From: Octopus sinensis
Taxonomy: Eukaryota
Reading direction: 5' to 3'
Assembly (NCBI RefSeq): GCF_006345805.1
Contig: NC_043006.1
Location: forward strand, 63,612,001-63,676,000
DNA: 64,000 bases
This document shows, one piece after another, positions 1 to 12,649 of this stretch (position 1 is the stretch's first letter; each line of letters begins with the position of its first letter). A model generated the notes under the pieces. It was given only the letters and a program-made list of their open reading frames with translations. It had not been told where the DNA came from and did not search any database. A program made the translations under genes and the position numbers.

Positions 1-94
1 ATGTGTGTGTGTATGTATGTATGTATATATATATACACACACACACACATTAATGTTTATAAAGCCAGTGTTAATTAAATAAATTTCATTTTTT

Positions 95-425
95 ACATTA
101 TTTACACTTGACAGATATTTGTCATCTTGTTTGTTGTTAACACGTTTTGGCTTAATGTGTTTTGGGGAAATTTGGAACCTGGGTTCTCATTCCGAGGTAT
201 TTTTTGATTTTATTATTATTACTATTATTCAGGAATCGAACTCGGAATCTTGGGGTTAGTAGCCCACGCTCTTAACCACTACGCCTTAAGAACGAGAATC
301 CAGGTTTGAAATTTCCCCAAGACATCTGATGAAGGCGGGAGGGTATATCAGCCGAAATGCAATGTTAGCAACAAACAAGATGAGGACAAATATCCGTTAC
401 ATGTAAAAAATGTATATAATTCCTC
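95..425. mobile_element. Penelope-like inverted pseudo-LTR fragments flanking a tRNA-derived head
   Basis: ~95-200 is an imperfect inverted copy of ~290-415; CTGATGA..GAAA core at 326-357; tRNA-like segment at 229-286 (minus). Confidence 0.55.
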
Positions 426-479
426 ATCTCTTAAATATAGAACTAAAATAAATTTCAGTTTCACAATTTAATTTTTTCA

Positions 480-860
480 GGTGTGGCTGTGTGGTAAGAA
501 ACTTGCTTAACAACCACATGCCACATGGTGCCGGGTTCAGTTCCACTGTGTAGCATCTTGGCAAGTGTCTTCTACTATAGCTTCTGGCTGACCAAAGCCC
601 TGCTTGTGGATTTGGTAGACAGAAATTGAAAGCTTATATATATATATATATATAATGTTTGTGTGTCTGTGTTTGTCCCCCCCCCCCCCATAAACACACC
701 AAGATTGGTGTGTTTATGTCCCCGTAGCATAGTGGACAGCAAAAGAGGTCGATAGAATAAGTACTATGCTTACAAACAAAAAGTCCTAGGGTCAGTTTGT
801 TCGACTAAAGGCGATGCTCCAGCATGGCCGCAGTCAGATGACTGAAACGAGTAAAAGAGT
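480..860 (+). mobile_element. tRNA-derived SINE, family A
   Basis: Head ggctgtgtggtaag..ggttcagttccactg (A/B-box-like), central (TA/TG)n, tail ..gcagtcagatgactgaaacgagtaaaag; more than 12 similar copies in the window. Confidence 0.85.
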
Positions 861-1377
861 CTGGTTTCAAGTTGATGACCATTCTGCTCCAGACATTAGG
901 GAAAATGCAAAGCAATGGAATTTTTTGGAACTCCTGAGGAATTCATTTGAAACTCTCTCCTAACCTGTCTTTGCACTACAATTGTATTTTCAAACTTCCA
1001 GCAGCTCTTGAGGACAAATTTTTTTTGTTCAAAGCTTTGACTGGCCCCACTTCATTATTTCTAATGGTTTAACCCGTATACCAGTGCAGCATAACCGGCC
1101 CATTTAAGAGTACCCTTCAATCATTGGGCAATAAACTGCGCTTGTGAAGACCTGTTAAGTCAAGTGAAGTTATTGTCGTGGCCAATAACAGTACCATCTG
1201 ACAGGCACCCATGCCAGTGGCACATAAAAAGCATCCACTACACTCTCGGAGTAGTTGGTGTTAGGAAGGAACATAGCCAGATTGGATTGGATTGGAGTTT
1301 GGTGCAGCCTTCTGGCTTACCAACCCTCAGTCTTACCACACAGCTGCTCCTGCATATATATATATATATATATATGA

Positions 1378-1695
1378 TGATGGATAGCTCAGTGGTTAGA
1401 GCATCAGGCCTTCAATTGTGTAGTTGTGATTTCAATTCCAGGTCCAGGCTGTGTATAGTGTTCTTGAGTAAGACACTTTATTTCACGTTGCTCCAATTCA
1501 CTCAACTGTTGAAATGAGTTGCGACGTCACTGGTGCCTTTCCCTTTCCCTTGGATGACATCGGTGGCGTGGAGAAGGGAGGCTGGTATGCATGGGTGACT
1601 GCTGATCTTCCATAAACAACCTTGCTTGGACTTGTCCCTTGGAGGGGAACTTTCTAGGTGCAATCCTGTGGTCATTCATGATCAAAGGGGTGGCT
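1378..1695 (+). mobile_element. tRNA-headed CORE-like SINE, family D
   Basis: tagctcagtggttagagc head and ttgagtaagacactttatttcacgttgctcc core; second copy at ~35197-35580. Confidence 0.7.
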
Positions 1696-2075
1696 GTATG
1701 GTAAGGAGCTTGCTTACCAACCACATGGTTCCGGGTTCAGTCACACTGCGTGGCATCTTGGGCAAGTGCCTTCTACTATAGCCTTGGGCTTACCAAAGCC
1801 TTGTGAGTGGATTTACTAGATGGAAACTGAAAGAAGCCTGTCATATACATATATATGTATATAAATGTGTGTGTTTGTTCTCCCCCCGCCATCATTTGAC
1901 AAGTGATGCTGGTGTGTTTACGTCCCCATCAGTTAGCATTTTGACAAAAATAGACCGATAGAATAAGTACTAGGTTTGCAAAGAATAAGTCCTGGAGTCA
2001 ATTTGTTTGACTAAAGGTGGTGCTCCTGCATGGCTGCAGCCAAATGACTGAAACAAGTAAAAGAGAGTAAAGAGT
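1696..2075 (+). mobile_element. tRNA-derived SINE, family A
   Basis: Colinear with other family A copies. Confidence 0.85.
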
Positions 2076-3049
2076 ACACACACAAATATGGTTTACTGTT
2101 CTATTACAGTAAGATCAACAAAAAAAGCTGCTTTATCAATTGAGATTAAAGATCATTTAATATACACCATTGAAAAAAGAGCTACTAATAGCTTCATCTG
2201 TCAGAGATACAATAATTTGCCAGATGTATTTGAAAACTAGGACGATGGTCTATGAGGAAGTATGGGGAAAATAAGATATGATATCATATGACCTTTCAGT
2301 TAAAAAATAGGAAACCTAAAAGTTGACCTACGAAAATACACCCTCTGTTTCTTTTTTTAAAGAAATGTTAAATCTAGCACAGACAAGAAATCTGTAGCAT
2401 TATTAAATAAATATTATAGAGATGTACTTGCATAGCAAGTGACCTGATCTGAGATCGTATGCTGAAACAAAATCAATTGCGGTGTGGAAGGTGTTTATAA
2501 GCAATTAAAAAAACACACAAATGCTGTTAGATTCACTTCAACATTTAGGTTTAATTTGCCAAAATATTTTCATTACTTTGAGACCACGACCTGATCACTG
2601 ATAAAGTTCTGTGCTGCATAAATATTTCTCAGTAAACTACAAATACAGAGAGGTTTTTATAATGGACACTTGATAAACATTTCATAGAGCTGTTGAAGGT
2701 GATTACTGCTTGCAAGTCATACCAAGAGCCTACACACGGTTGTAACTGTTCACGAGAGCATGAGGTTAAGTCTAGGGAACCATCTAAGGAATCAACTTTG
2801 AAGAAATTAGTTGACACAGGAATTTTGAAGCCAAACAGGCCATCTTTTATCTTCAGAATGTTTCAATCATTAGACTCTGTCATGAAGAATTTTAGTTGAC
2901 CAACGCAACACCGCTGCTTATTTTATTTTTAAGCCTGCCACTTCTAGTGATCTCTTTTGCCAAACTATCAAGTTATGGGGAAGTAAACGCATCAACACCA
3001 GTTGTCAATCAGTGCTGAGGGACAAGCATGGACACACATTCATTACATT

Positions 3050-3275
3050 TGGTTCTCATTGTGCCTTGTGGCACTTGAGGTGACAGCAAAATTATTCCAC
3101 CTTCTAGCGCTGAGAGCATCCTTGACAGATTGTTCCATTGTTAACCCTCTGCTTTTAAGATCTTTTGTTATTGTTCTCTGCCACATGTTCTTTTACCTTG
3201 TGGAACCCATTGCAAAACGATCCTGACAACTGAGTTCAGTTTTTAGCGACAAACTTGACCCAGCCATTTCCATCT
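3050..3275 (-). mobile_element. RTE-clade LINE 3' fragment
   Basis: Minus strand reads RWKWLGQVCR..VLQWVPQGKR..RTITKDLKSRGLT, typical of an RTE ORF C-terminus; degenerate. Confidence 0.7.
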
Positions 3276-3458
3276 ATACACACACACATAATGGGCTTCT
3301 TTCAGTTCCTGTCTACCAAATCCTCTCACAAGGCTTTGGTTAGCCTGAGGCTATAGTAGAAGATACTTTCCCAAAGTGCCATATAGTGGGTCAGAACCTA
3401 GAACCATGTGGTTGGGAAGCAAGCTTCTTACCACACAGCCATGCCTATATATATCTAC

Positions 3459-3530
<72 letters not shown>

Positions 3531-3589
3531 TATATATATATAGATAGATATAGGCATGGCTGTGTGGTAAGAAGCTTGCTTCCCAGAGG

Positions 3590-4605
3590 AATGCATAAGT
3601 GGGCTGGTTACACCTCTGACATAGGCCGTGAGGTTACAGTCTCACTTGGACTTGCTGAGTCTTCTCAAGCACAGCATATTTCCAAAGGTCCCGGTCACTA
3701 GTCATTGCCTCAGTGAGGCCCAATGTTCAAAGGTCATGCTTCACCACCTCATCCCAGGTCTTCCTGGGTCTACCTCTTGCACAGGTTCCCTCAACCGCTA
3801 GGGTGTGGCACTTTTTCACACAGCTATCCACATCCATTCTCGCCACATGGCCATACCAGCACAGTCGTCTCTCTTGCATACCACATCTGATGCTTCTCTC
3901 AAGGTACTTACACTCTGTCGAGTATGCACACTGACATTACACATCCAGGGGAGCATACTGGCTTCATTCCTTGCAAGCTTACACATGCCCTCAGCAGTCA
4001 CGGCCCATGTTTCACTGCCATGTAGCATGGTTGTCCGTACACATGCGTCATACAGTCTACCTTTTACTCTGAGCGAGAGGCCCTTTGTCACCAGCAGAGG
4101 TAAGAGCTCTCTGAACTTTGCCCAGGCTATTCTTATTCTAGCAGCTACACTTTCAGCACACCTTCTCCCACTACTGACTTGCTGACCTAGGTAACAGAAG
4201 CTATCAACTATTTCTAGATTTTCTCCCTGGAATGTGCCAAAAGTTGTTCTCTGCACAATTTCAGTGTTTATTGCTCCTGACCATCTGCCACATACAAAAA
4301 CTATCTTCCCAGTTAGCCATCCTTTGACATTGCTGCGCCTCTTATGTGTCCATAGCTTACACTGTGTACATCTTATAGAGTTTCTACCTACGCCTTTTCT
4401 ACAGATTGAGCAGGGCCATCTACCTGAAGTGGTTTGTGGTTTGCCTACCTTCCTACTTATTAGGACTTTGGTTTTAGCTAGGTTGACTCTAAGGCCCTTC
4501 GATTCTAATCCTTGTTTCCACACTTGAAACTTCTCCTCTAGTTCTGATAGTGACTCAGCAATTCGAGCAAGGTCGTCAGCATAGAGGAGCTCCCAGGGGC
4601 AACCT
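3590..4605 (-). mobile_element. RTE-clade LINE, 5'-truncated (end of RT plus C-terminal region)
   Basis: ORF 3816-4523: GLRVNLAKTK, VDSFCYLG, RIRIAWAKFREL, KGRLYDACVRTTMLHGSETW. Confidence 0.93.
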
Positions 4606-4849
4606 GTCTTATATATTTATATATATATATATATATATAAAATTAGGGTTCAGCAAAAATTGCTGAATTATAAAATAATGTTTAAATTTACCATAAATGG
4701 TCCTTTTACATACTGAACACTGCTTGGTAAAATTATTAATTACTAATTAATTAATTAATTTTACCCTTATTATTATTGACTATATATATATATTGATATC
4801 GAATGCCATGCATCCTCTTCCAAGTAAGTTCTTTCAATCCATCTATCTG

Positions 4850-4888
<39 letters not shown>

Positions 4889-5744
4889 ATGTATGTATGT
4901 ATACATATATATACATGATAATATATACACACACATATATGTATATACAAACACATGCATACACATTACATGAAATTAATGCATTCCAGCTAAAACTTGC
5001 CACCTGTCTTTGATTGCAATGTATTTCTTGTGTCTTCTCCTCTTTGTTGAATCGTTTGCTTTAAAACATGGCCTCGATAAAACAATGGAAGTTTTAGAAA
5101 TTTTGAAGTAAGCTGAAAAAGAAAGTCGTGGATAGAATGAAGTAGTTTTAGTATGTAGCTGAGGGAAAAGTAGGGCAGCGTAATGGGTGTTTAAACCTCA
5201 TGATAAAAGCTCTTGCTGGTGGCGGCGACGGCGGCGGTGGTGGTGGTTTGATATGAATACTAATTCTATTCTTGATCAAGTAGTTTGTAAAACAGCAATT
5301 AAAGATATATGAATAATAGAAAGATAAAATGGACTTAAACAGAACAGGAGAGAGTCCTTGAAGAGGTCACAATCATCATCATCATCATCATCGTTCTGCA
5401 TTTGCTTTTGATGCTGGCATGGGTCGGACGGTTTGACCGAGGGCTGGCAAGCCAGAAGGCTGCACCAGGCTCCAGTCTGATCTGGCAGAGTTTCTACAGC
5501 TGGATGCCCTTCCTAACACCAACCACTCCAAGAGTGTAGTGGGTGCCTTTTACATGCCACCGGCACGAGGGCCAGTCAGGCGGTACTGGCATCGACCATG
5601 CTTGGATGGTATTTTTTGTGTACCACTGGCAATATTTAAGACAAAAGACACTAAAATAAAATAAAACAAAAATAGTACTATATTTAGTTGGCAAAAATAG
5701 AACAATAAAGTGTATTAATATTGTTGTCTTTTATCTTTCTCTGG

Positions 5745-6300
5745 CATGGCTGTGTGGTAAGAAGCTTGCTTCCCAACCACATGATTCTGTGTTCCATCCC
5801 ACTGTGTGGCACCTTGGGCAAGTGTCTTCTACTACAGCTTTGGGCCGATCAAAGCCTTCTGAGTGAATTTTGTAGACGGGAACTGAAAGAAGCCAGTCGT
5901 GTGTGTTTGTGTTTGTGTATGTGCAGACATGGCTGTGAGGTAACAAACTTGCTTCCCAACCACATGGTTCTTGGTTCAATTCCACTGCATGGCACCTTGG
6001 GCAAGTGTCTTCTACTACAGCCTTGGGCCAACCAAAGCCTTGTGAGTGAATTTTGTAGACTGAAACTGAAAAAAGATAGTCATATGTATATGTGTGTGTG
6101 AGACTTTGTGTCTGCGTTTGTCCTCCACCACCACTTGACAACCGGTGTTGGTGTGTTTATGTCCCTGTAACTTAGTGGTTCAGTGAAAGGAACCTAATAG
6201 AATAAATACTAAAGAAAATATGTTCTAGGGCCAATTCATTCAACTAAAAATTCTTCAAGGTGACGCTCCAGGATGGTCACAGTCAAATGGCTGAAAACAA
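5745..6300 (+). mobile_element. Family A SINE with duplicated 5' half
   Basis: Head repeated at ~5745 and ~5930, followed by a single body and tail. Confidence 0.8.
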
Positions 6301-6618
6301 GCAAGAAAAAAGTAATGGGGGTGGGGATAGACAGCCCCTAAATTGCTGTGACTTCATTTACAGATGAACTTTGCAACAAAACTAATCATTGTTTTAAAAT
6401 AGAAAAAAAACACCAAGAATCATGTTTGCGATAGATGTGCAAAACATGGAAACTCTTAGAAATTGATGGATTGAATGTGGTAAAGGTCATGTCTCTATTT
6501 GCCTTCCATGGGCCACTCAGTTCCTGATGATCCCAAGTCAGAAAATAAAAGAATGGCACACTATAATGGATGGACTTAGAGAAATGTTTCAACTATTAAC
6601 CCTTTGGTGTTTAAACTG

Positions 6619-7095
6619 GCCACCTCATGGAGGCAAGGTGGCTGAGTTCCTTTCAAGAATTGGTCCTCATAGAGGCAAAGTGGCTGAGTTTCTCTTGAGC
6701 ATTGCACCTCATAGAGGCAAGGTGGCTGAGTTCCTTTCAAGCATTGGGCCTCATGGAAGCAAGGTGGATGAGTTCCTTTCAAGAATTGGTCCTCATGGAG
6801 GCAAGGTGGCTGAGTTCCTTTAAGTGTTGGGCCTCACAGAGGCAAAGTGGCTGAGTTCCTTTCAAGCATTGGGCGTCAAAGAGGCAAACTTGCTGAGTTC
6901 TTTTTGAGTGTTGGATCACACAGAGGCAAACTTGCTGACTTCTTTTCCAGTATTGGACCTCACAGACTCAAACTGGCTGAGTTCCATTTGAGTATTGGGA
7001 CTCACGGAAGCTAGGTCGCTGAGTTCCTTTTGAATGTTGGGCCTCACAGAGGCGAGGTGGATGAGTTTCTTTCAAGTATTGGACCTCACAGATGC
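6619..7095 (+). repeat. 42-bp minisatellite, about 11-12 diverged units
   Basis: Unit approximately tgggcctcatggaggcaaggtggctgagttcctttcaagtgt; continues into an RTE 3'-UTR-type repeat at 7095-7430. Confidence 0.92.
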
Positions 7096-7819
7096 AATGA
7101 CCGAGACCTTTAGCTTTATGTTGTGCATGAGAAAAAGACCCATCAAGCTGAGCAAAATTGCAGTCATGTCAGATACTGGTGTCATGCAAATTGGCACCCA
7201 TGCCAGTGACATGTAAACACACCCTGGTATCACACAAATGGCACCTATGCCAGTGACACATAATAGCACTTATTACACTCTAAGAGTAGTTGATGTTAGG
7301 AAGGGCATCCAGCCATAGAAAGCCATGGCAAATTGGACTGGAGTCTGGTGCAGCCTTCCAGCATGCCAGCCCAGTCAAACTGTCCAACCCATGCCAGCAT
7401 GGACAACAGACATTAAATGATGATAATGATCTGAACTAAATATTCTATCAGTTTTTTGTTCAAACTAGCTTGATCCCACCTCTCACACCAAGCCTATTTT
7501 AAAAATAAACAATCACATCATTGAACTCTGAAAACTATAAGATAATACCTGTTTGTTTTGAAAGAATGAGAATAGATAAGCATAATAAATATTAAACGGA
7601 ACAGGAAGTGTGGTGAAGGATTTAAGACAAAGGACATTAAAATAAGAACAATAATGAAGTTGTTCATTTGGCAAAAAAACAAAACGTGACCATCCCTGAA
7701 ATAGAACAATAAAACATATGAAGATTGTTGTCTGGTATCTTTCTCTGCCACAATATGAACAGATATGGCTGTGTGATACCTTGGGCATGTGTCTTCTACT
7801 TTAGCCTTGGTCCAATCAT

Positions 7820-8555
7820 CAGTAGCAGCATTTAACATCCGTTTTCCATGCTGGCATGGGTTGGACAGTTTGACTAAGGTCTGGAGACCTAGTGGCTGCA
7901 CCAGACTCCATTCTGATCTGGCAATGCTTCTATAGCTGGATGCCCTTCCTAATGCCAACCACTCCGAGAGTGTAGTGGGTGCTTTTTATGTGCCACCAGC
8001 ATGAGAGCCAGTCAGGCGGGCCTGGCATCGATCACGTTTGGTTGGTGCTTTTTACATGCCACCAGTACAGGAGCCAGTCAGGCAGAACTGGCATCAACCA
8101 CATTCGGATGGTGTTTTTTACATGCCACCAGCACGGGAGCCAGTCAGAGGGCACTGGCCACAGCTACGATATTGGTTTTACTTGACTCAACAGATCTTCT
8201 CAAGCATATCATATCACACAATGCATCAGGGATACTCTTAATTAGGCCGGACATGCATGGCTGCGATCTCACTTTAGTTGCCGGGTTTTCTCAATCACAG
8301 CATATCTTCAAAGGTATCGGTCTCCTGTTATTGCCTCTGTGCAGCCCAATGCTTGAAAGTCATCCTTCACCACCTGATTTCATGTATTTCTGAGTCTACC
8401 TCTTCTACAGGTTCCTTCCACAGTTAAGTAGTGGAACTTCCTCACACAGCGCCCCTTATCCATACATAATACATAACCATACAAGCGCAGTCTCTCTTGC
8501 ACACCACATTTGATGCTTCTTATGCCCAACTTTTCTCTCAGGGCACTTACACTCT
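7820..8555 (-). mobile_element. RTE LINE 3' end: coding remnant contiguous with the (GAT)n-tailed 3' UTR repeat (family B)
   Basis: ~8195-8555 resembles 3600-3950; it joins directly to the family B repeat, whose other copies lie at ~5375, 9725, 12740-13320, 21800, 32800, 36830, 39560, 49230, 53370, 62060, 63400. Confidence 0.75.
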
Positions 8556-10189
8556 GTTGTGTAGAATACTAAGGAGTTGAATCTGTCCTTTCCTCACCAT
8601 CAATTTTGAATAAAAACTGGCCATCCACAGGGAAATGGCAAAAATTTTATCATTTCATTGATGTTTGATTTGTGGGGCTGAACCCAGAACCATGTGATTG
8701 GGAAGCTAAATTCTTACCACACAACCACACCTGCATCTACCAGAATGCTTTCCTCCCAAACCTGCTGGCAGACTAAATGAAAATCAATGAACCATCCCCC
8801 ATGAATTATGGAAGGCTTCAATGACAAATACAATTTAAAGTTTTTAAATGTCCAAGGTTTATGTACCAAGGTCTGCTTTTTTTAATTCTTTTGTTGAAAA
8901 TAGTCAGCTTCATTTCATTAGCCACAAAAAAACCTGTGTTCATTCTTTACTCTGTGATTGTTATGTAAAAGTGATTCAAAACCAAATTCCTGGATATGTA
9001 GTCAGACATCACAAGCAAACCACCCTAGTTTCACATGATTGGTCTGTTAACCAACCAATCAACATGAAGCGATGATGTGGACAGGTTTTCTCAAGCATTT
9101 TAAAATATAGCTTCCAGTCCCCTATAAAATCTGTTCAGCATACTTTTTTTATCAGCCAGATGACCCAGGAAGGTGACTAAGAGAGAGGACACAGATGATA
9201 GATGGCAGGAATCTCTGTCACCATGAATATAACACAGTTGTTTCCTCTTATGCTGAGCACACAGGTTGATGTATCAATAGCTTGCCAAGCAGTATCTCTC
9301 ACTCCCAGTGTGTCATTATTGCTGTTGATATCTGTAAAAGACCGACACAGTTTGTCTTTTATGTGCAACAATAAATTCTTCAGTTAAATGTTTACAGGTG
9401 TTGTTCAATTACTTCTTTGCAGCCCAAGAAACATTTTCATTCATGGACCCAACCAGCCCACAACCTACAGACCGTGACAATTATTTCGCATGGCTGGCTA
9501 CAACTTATTTCACATAAACTGGATTAAGCATTGTGGTGTGAGAGAGTGTGAAGGTCAATTTTTGCTAATGCTTTTCAGTGAGGATCAGTTTTTGCTGAAG
9601 TTTTTCAGCAATTCCTGAACCTGTTGGACCCAATAGCTAGAATCGGGGATGAATCTGTATCATGAGAGTGGAATAAGGTTGTCCTTTCAGCATTCAGTTT
9701 ATTCTCTCAAATGCATGCATATACATCATTGTCATCATTTAATGTCCACTTTCCATGCTGGCATGAGTTGGACGGTTTGACTGAGGGCTGGCAAACCAGG
9801 AGGCTACACCAGGCTCCAATCTGATCAGGCAAGGTTTCTACAGCTGGATGCCCTTCCTAATGCCAACCACTCCAAGAATGCATTGCTTATTTCATCACAT
9901 TGTTTTGAATTAATCCCGCTTCATCTCATAGCTTTGAGATTTCATTGATGTGATTGTTTATTTTCAGAATGACATTGCAGAGTAGGTGTGAGATGTCTGA
10001 TCTGGTCAGTTTGAACATAAAACAGACAGAATATATAGGCTGAATATGGCTGATTTGAATACTAAGGAGTTAAGAATGTTCCAGAAGTTCTCGAGTATCT
10101 CTCTGACACAGGACTCCATCAATTTCTTGAGATCATCATTGACAATATCTGAGCTGCAGTATTCTTAAATCTGAACATTTAGAATTTTT

Positions 10190-10375
10190 CTTTTTTCTGT
10201 CTTTGATACAGATGAAACATACCCACCAGCTGCTTCCAGTTCCATCTGAATTTTATGTACAAAGGATCCTGCAACCTTTAGAAGTTTGGCAATTTTCTAA
10301 ATCACTTCATTCTGTAAACATGGCAACAATGAATGCATGCCTTTTAATTTCTTGTGTTTGTATTTTATCTGCCAT
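10190..10375 (-). mobile_element. Degenerate Tc1/mariner transposase N-terminus
   Basis: MADKIQTQEIKRHAFIVAMFTE*SDLE/IAKLLKVAGSFVHKIQMELEAAGGYVSSV, with a stop and a frameshift; HTH-like start recalled from memory. Confidence 0.55.
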
Positions 10376-10489
10376 GGGGTATTTGAAAGAAAATAATCTT
10401 GTAACTGGTTTGAAGATAGTAATATACTGAGAATTAAGTGTCCTCAAACACAATCAAGTATGGTAAGCACCCTGATGGAATAACTTTCT

Positions 10490-10830
10490 TCCTCTACGAG
10501 AGAGGCAGATCACAAATGAGGGATATGGCATCTTCTCTGGTTCCTGTCCGGCTGCATTACTTGCAACCCTGGATATTGATACCCGTAACACAAAGGAGCA
10601 GAAGATAAACAAACACAGGAGCATAACTGGACATTATCAGTTTGTGCTGGCTGCCGTCAAAACCTTGGGTGTTCTCAGACCCCACACTACCTGTTTTCTC
10701 CATAAAATTGGGGTGACTGTTGGCTCCCTGAGAAATGAGCCCTGCAAAATGGACTGAATGTTACAGTGAGTGCTGCTGGTCATTCTCCATGGCAATGCCT
10801 TTGCAATCATGTCCACAAGGTGTGACTGAA
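10490..10830 (+). mobile_element. RLE-bearing non-LTR retrotransposon C-terminal remnant (CRE-like)
   Basis: KEQKINKHRSITGHYQFVLAAVKTLGVL..FLHKIG..MLQ*VLLVILHGNAFAI fits the K..KY..YxFxPxAxETxG..QRGNA tail pattern. Confidence 0.65.
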
Positions 10831-10989
10831 GAAGCCGTTGGCTCTGGGGGTGGGGTACAACCCATTTCCCCGTCCCCCGTTCCCGTCCCCATCTGCTGCT
10901 TAATCTCCCAGCACGTTTTTTTTTTCCTTTTATTTTGTTTCTTTGGTGAGGTTACTATGAGTTTTTTCTCCATAATTTGATCTTTTATA

Positions 10990-12649
10990 CAGGGTGGGGC
11001 CAAAATTCACGACTCACTAATTAGTTTTATTTCTTAATATGCTTATTTTATTGTTATTGTGTTAGTCTTTTACTCTTTTATTTGTTTTGGTAATTTGACT
11101 GCGGCCATGCTGGAGCACCACCTTTAGTCGAAGAAATTGACTCTCTCAACTTATTCTTTGTAAGCCTAGTACTTATCCTATCGGACTCTTTTGTCAAACT
11201 GCTAAGTTATGGGGCCATGAACACACCAACATCGGTTGTCAAGCAATGGTGGGTGGGGGACAAACACAGACACACACATACATACACACTTACACATACA
11301 CACATACACACACACACACATATACGACGGGCTTCTTTCAGTTTCCGTCTACCAAATCCACTCACAAGGCTATAGTAGAAGACACTTGCCTAAGGTGCCA
11401 CACAGTGGGACTGAACCCGAAACCATGTGGTTGGTAAGCAAGCTACTTACCACACAGTCACTCCTGCACATGTTTAAATTTATTATTTTATTTGTTAATA
11501 TGCATAATAGGTTTTTTTAAATTTTTTCCAGAATGTGATTGACCCCATGGCACATTCTCTGCCAAGCTTGGAGAAACGTGTTCAATGTGTGAGATTACTT
11601 GCTAAAATGGATAACATTACTGCAGTGTGCAGAGTAATGGAAGCAACTTATGGGCCACCAGCATCTATGAAAAAGACTTTTGCTAGGATTAACAAGTCAT
11701 TTGATGAAACAGGTAATGTTGTGAACCGAAAAAGACCAGGATGACTAAGATCTGTTTGAACAAATGAAAATAAAGAACACTTGAGAACAAAAATCCTAGT
11801 CATCAGGACATTTATCAGATCCAAACATTTCAAGGACTTCTTTAAGATGCTTGCTCCATAATACGAATCTGTATCCTTAAATCCCTTGTTTGATTCATGG
11901 ATTAATGGAGGATGATCCAGATTGTCGCTTGCAGTTCTGCAAACTGCAAGATGACCCAACATTGGAAGAACATATTTTCTGGACTGACATGTCAAAATTT
12001 TACGTTTCAGGGTCTGTTGTTTGGCATACATGAAATCCACAAATCACGAATGAGTATGACCACAAGAGTTCTGGCATAATGGTGTAGGCAGGTGTGAGTT
12101 ACAACAGACACATGGGGGCCATTGTTTATAGAAGGTGGCGTAAATGAGGTCTCGTATCTGAAACTTTTACAAAACCAAGTTCTCCCTAAGTTAAAAGAAC
12201 AAGAAGGCTTTAAAGAATTATGGTGGCAGCAGGGGGTACTCCCCAACATTATTCACTGGCTGTCCATGACTGGCAGAATGAAATTTTCCTTGATTGTTGG
12301 ATTGGGAAGTGAGAGCCTATCGAGTGGTCAGCTTGCTCATCTGATTTAACACAACCAGGCTTTTTTTTGTGGGATTATCTAAAAGACCGTGACTATCATC
12401 AGAAGATTAACAGTCTTGAACATCTTAAACAAGTTATTATCCAAGAATATGAAACAATGCTGGTAGACATGTGTCATAAAGCATGTTAAGTGTTTCAATA
12501 TGGTTTCAAACCAGTGTTGCAGCAGAAGGAGGCCCAGTTGGCCATGAGATGGAAAACTAATTTAACTAAACCATGCGTTCGTTAACTTTGTACGTGAGCA
12601 TATTAATAAATATATCTAACATGAGAGTCATGAATTCTGGCCCACTTTG
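10990..12649 (+). mobile_element. Near full-length degenerate Tc1/mariner element with TIRs and TA TSD
   Basis: Left TIR cagggtggggccaaaattcacgactc; right TIR reverse complement caaagtgggccagaattcatgactc; TA on both flanks; broken transposase 11550-12500 (FIEGGVN..YLKLLQNQVLP..WWQQ; DLT..FFLWDYLK). Confidence 0.88.
11060..11470 (-). mobile_element. Family A SINE nested in the Tc1/mariner element
   Basis: Reverse-complement family A copy between the left TIR and the transposase. Confidence 0.85.

Noticed and set aside
229-286. Functional tRNA gene
   Set aside because: Partial, lacks a complete acceptor stem, and is embedded in repeats; more likely a SINE head.
6619-7095. CRISPR-like array or 14-aa repeat protein
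   Set aside because: The variable parts are diverged copies of one unit rather than unique spacers, there are no cas genes, the context is eukaryotic, and the frame breaks at unit 5.
9140-9700. Possible exons of a second gene in non-repetitive-looking sequence
   Set aside because: All frames close quickly and no translation was recognisable; a homology search would be needed.
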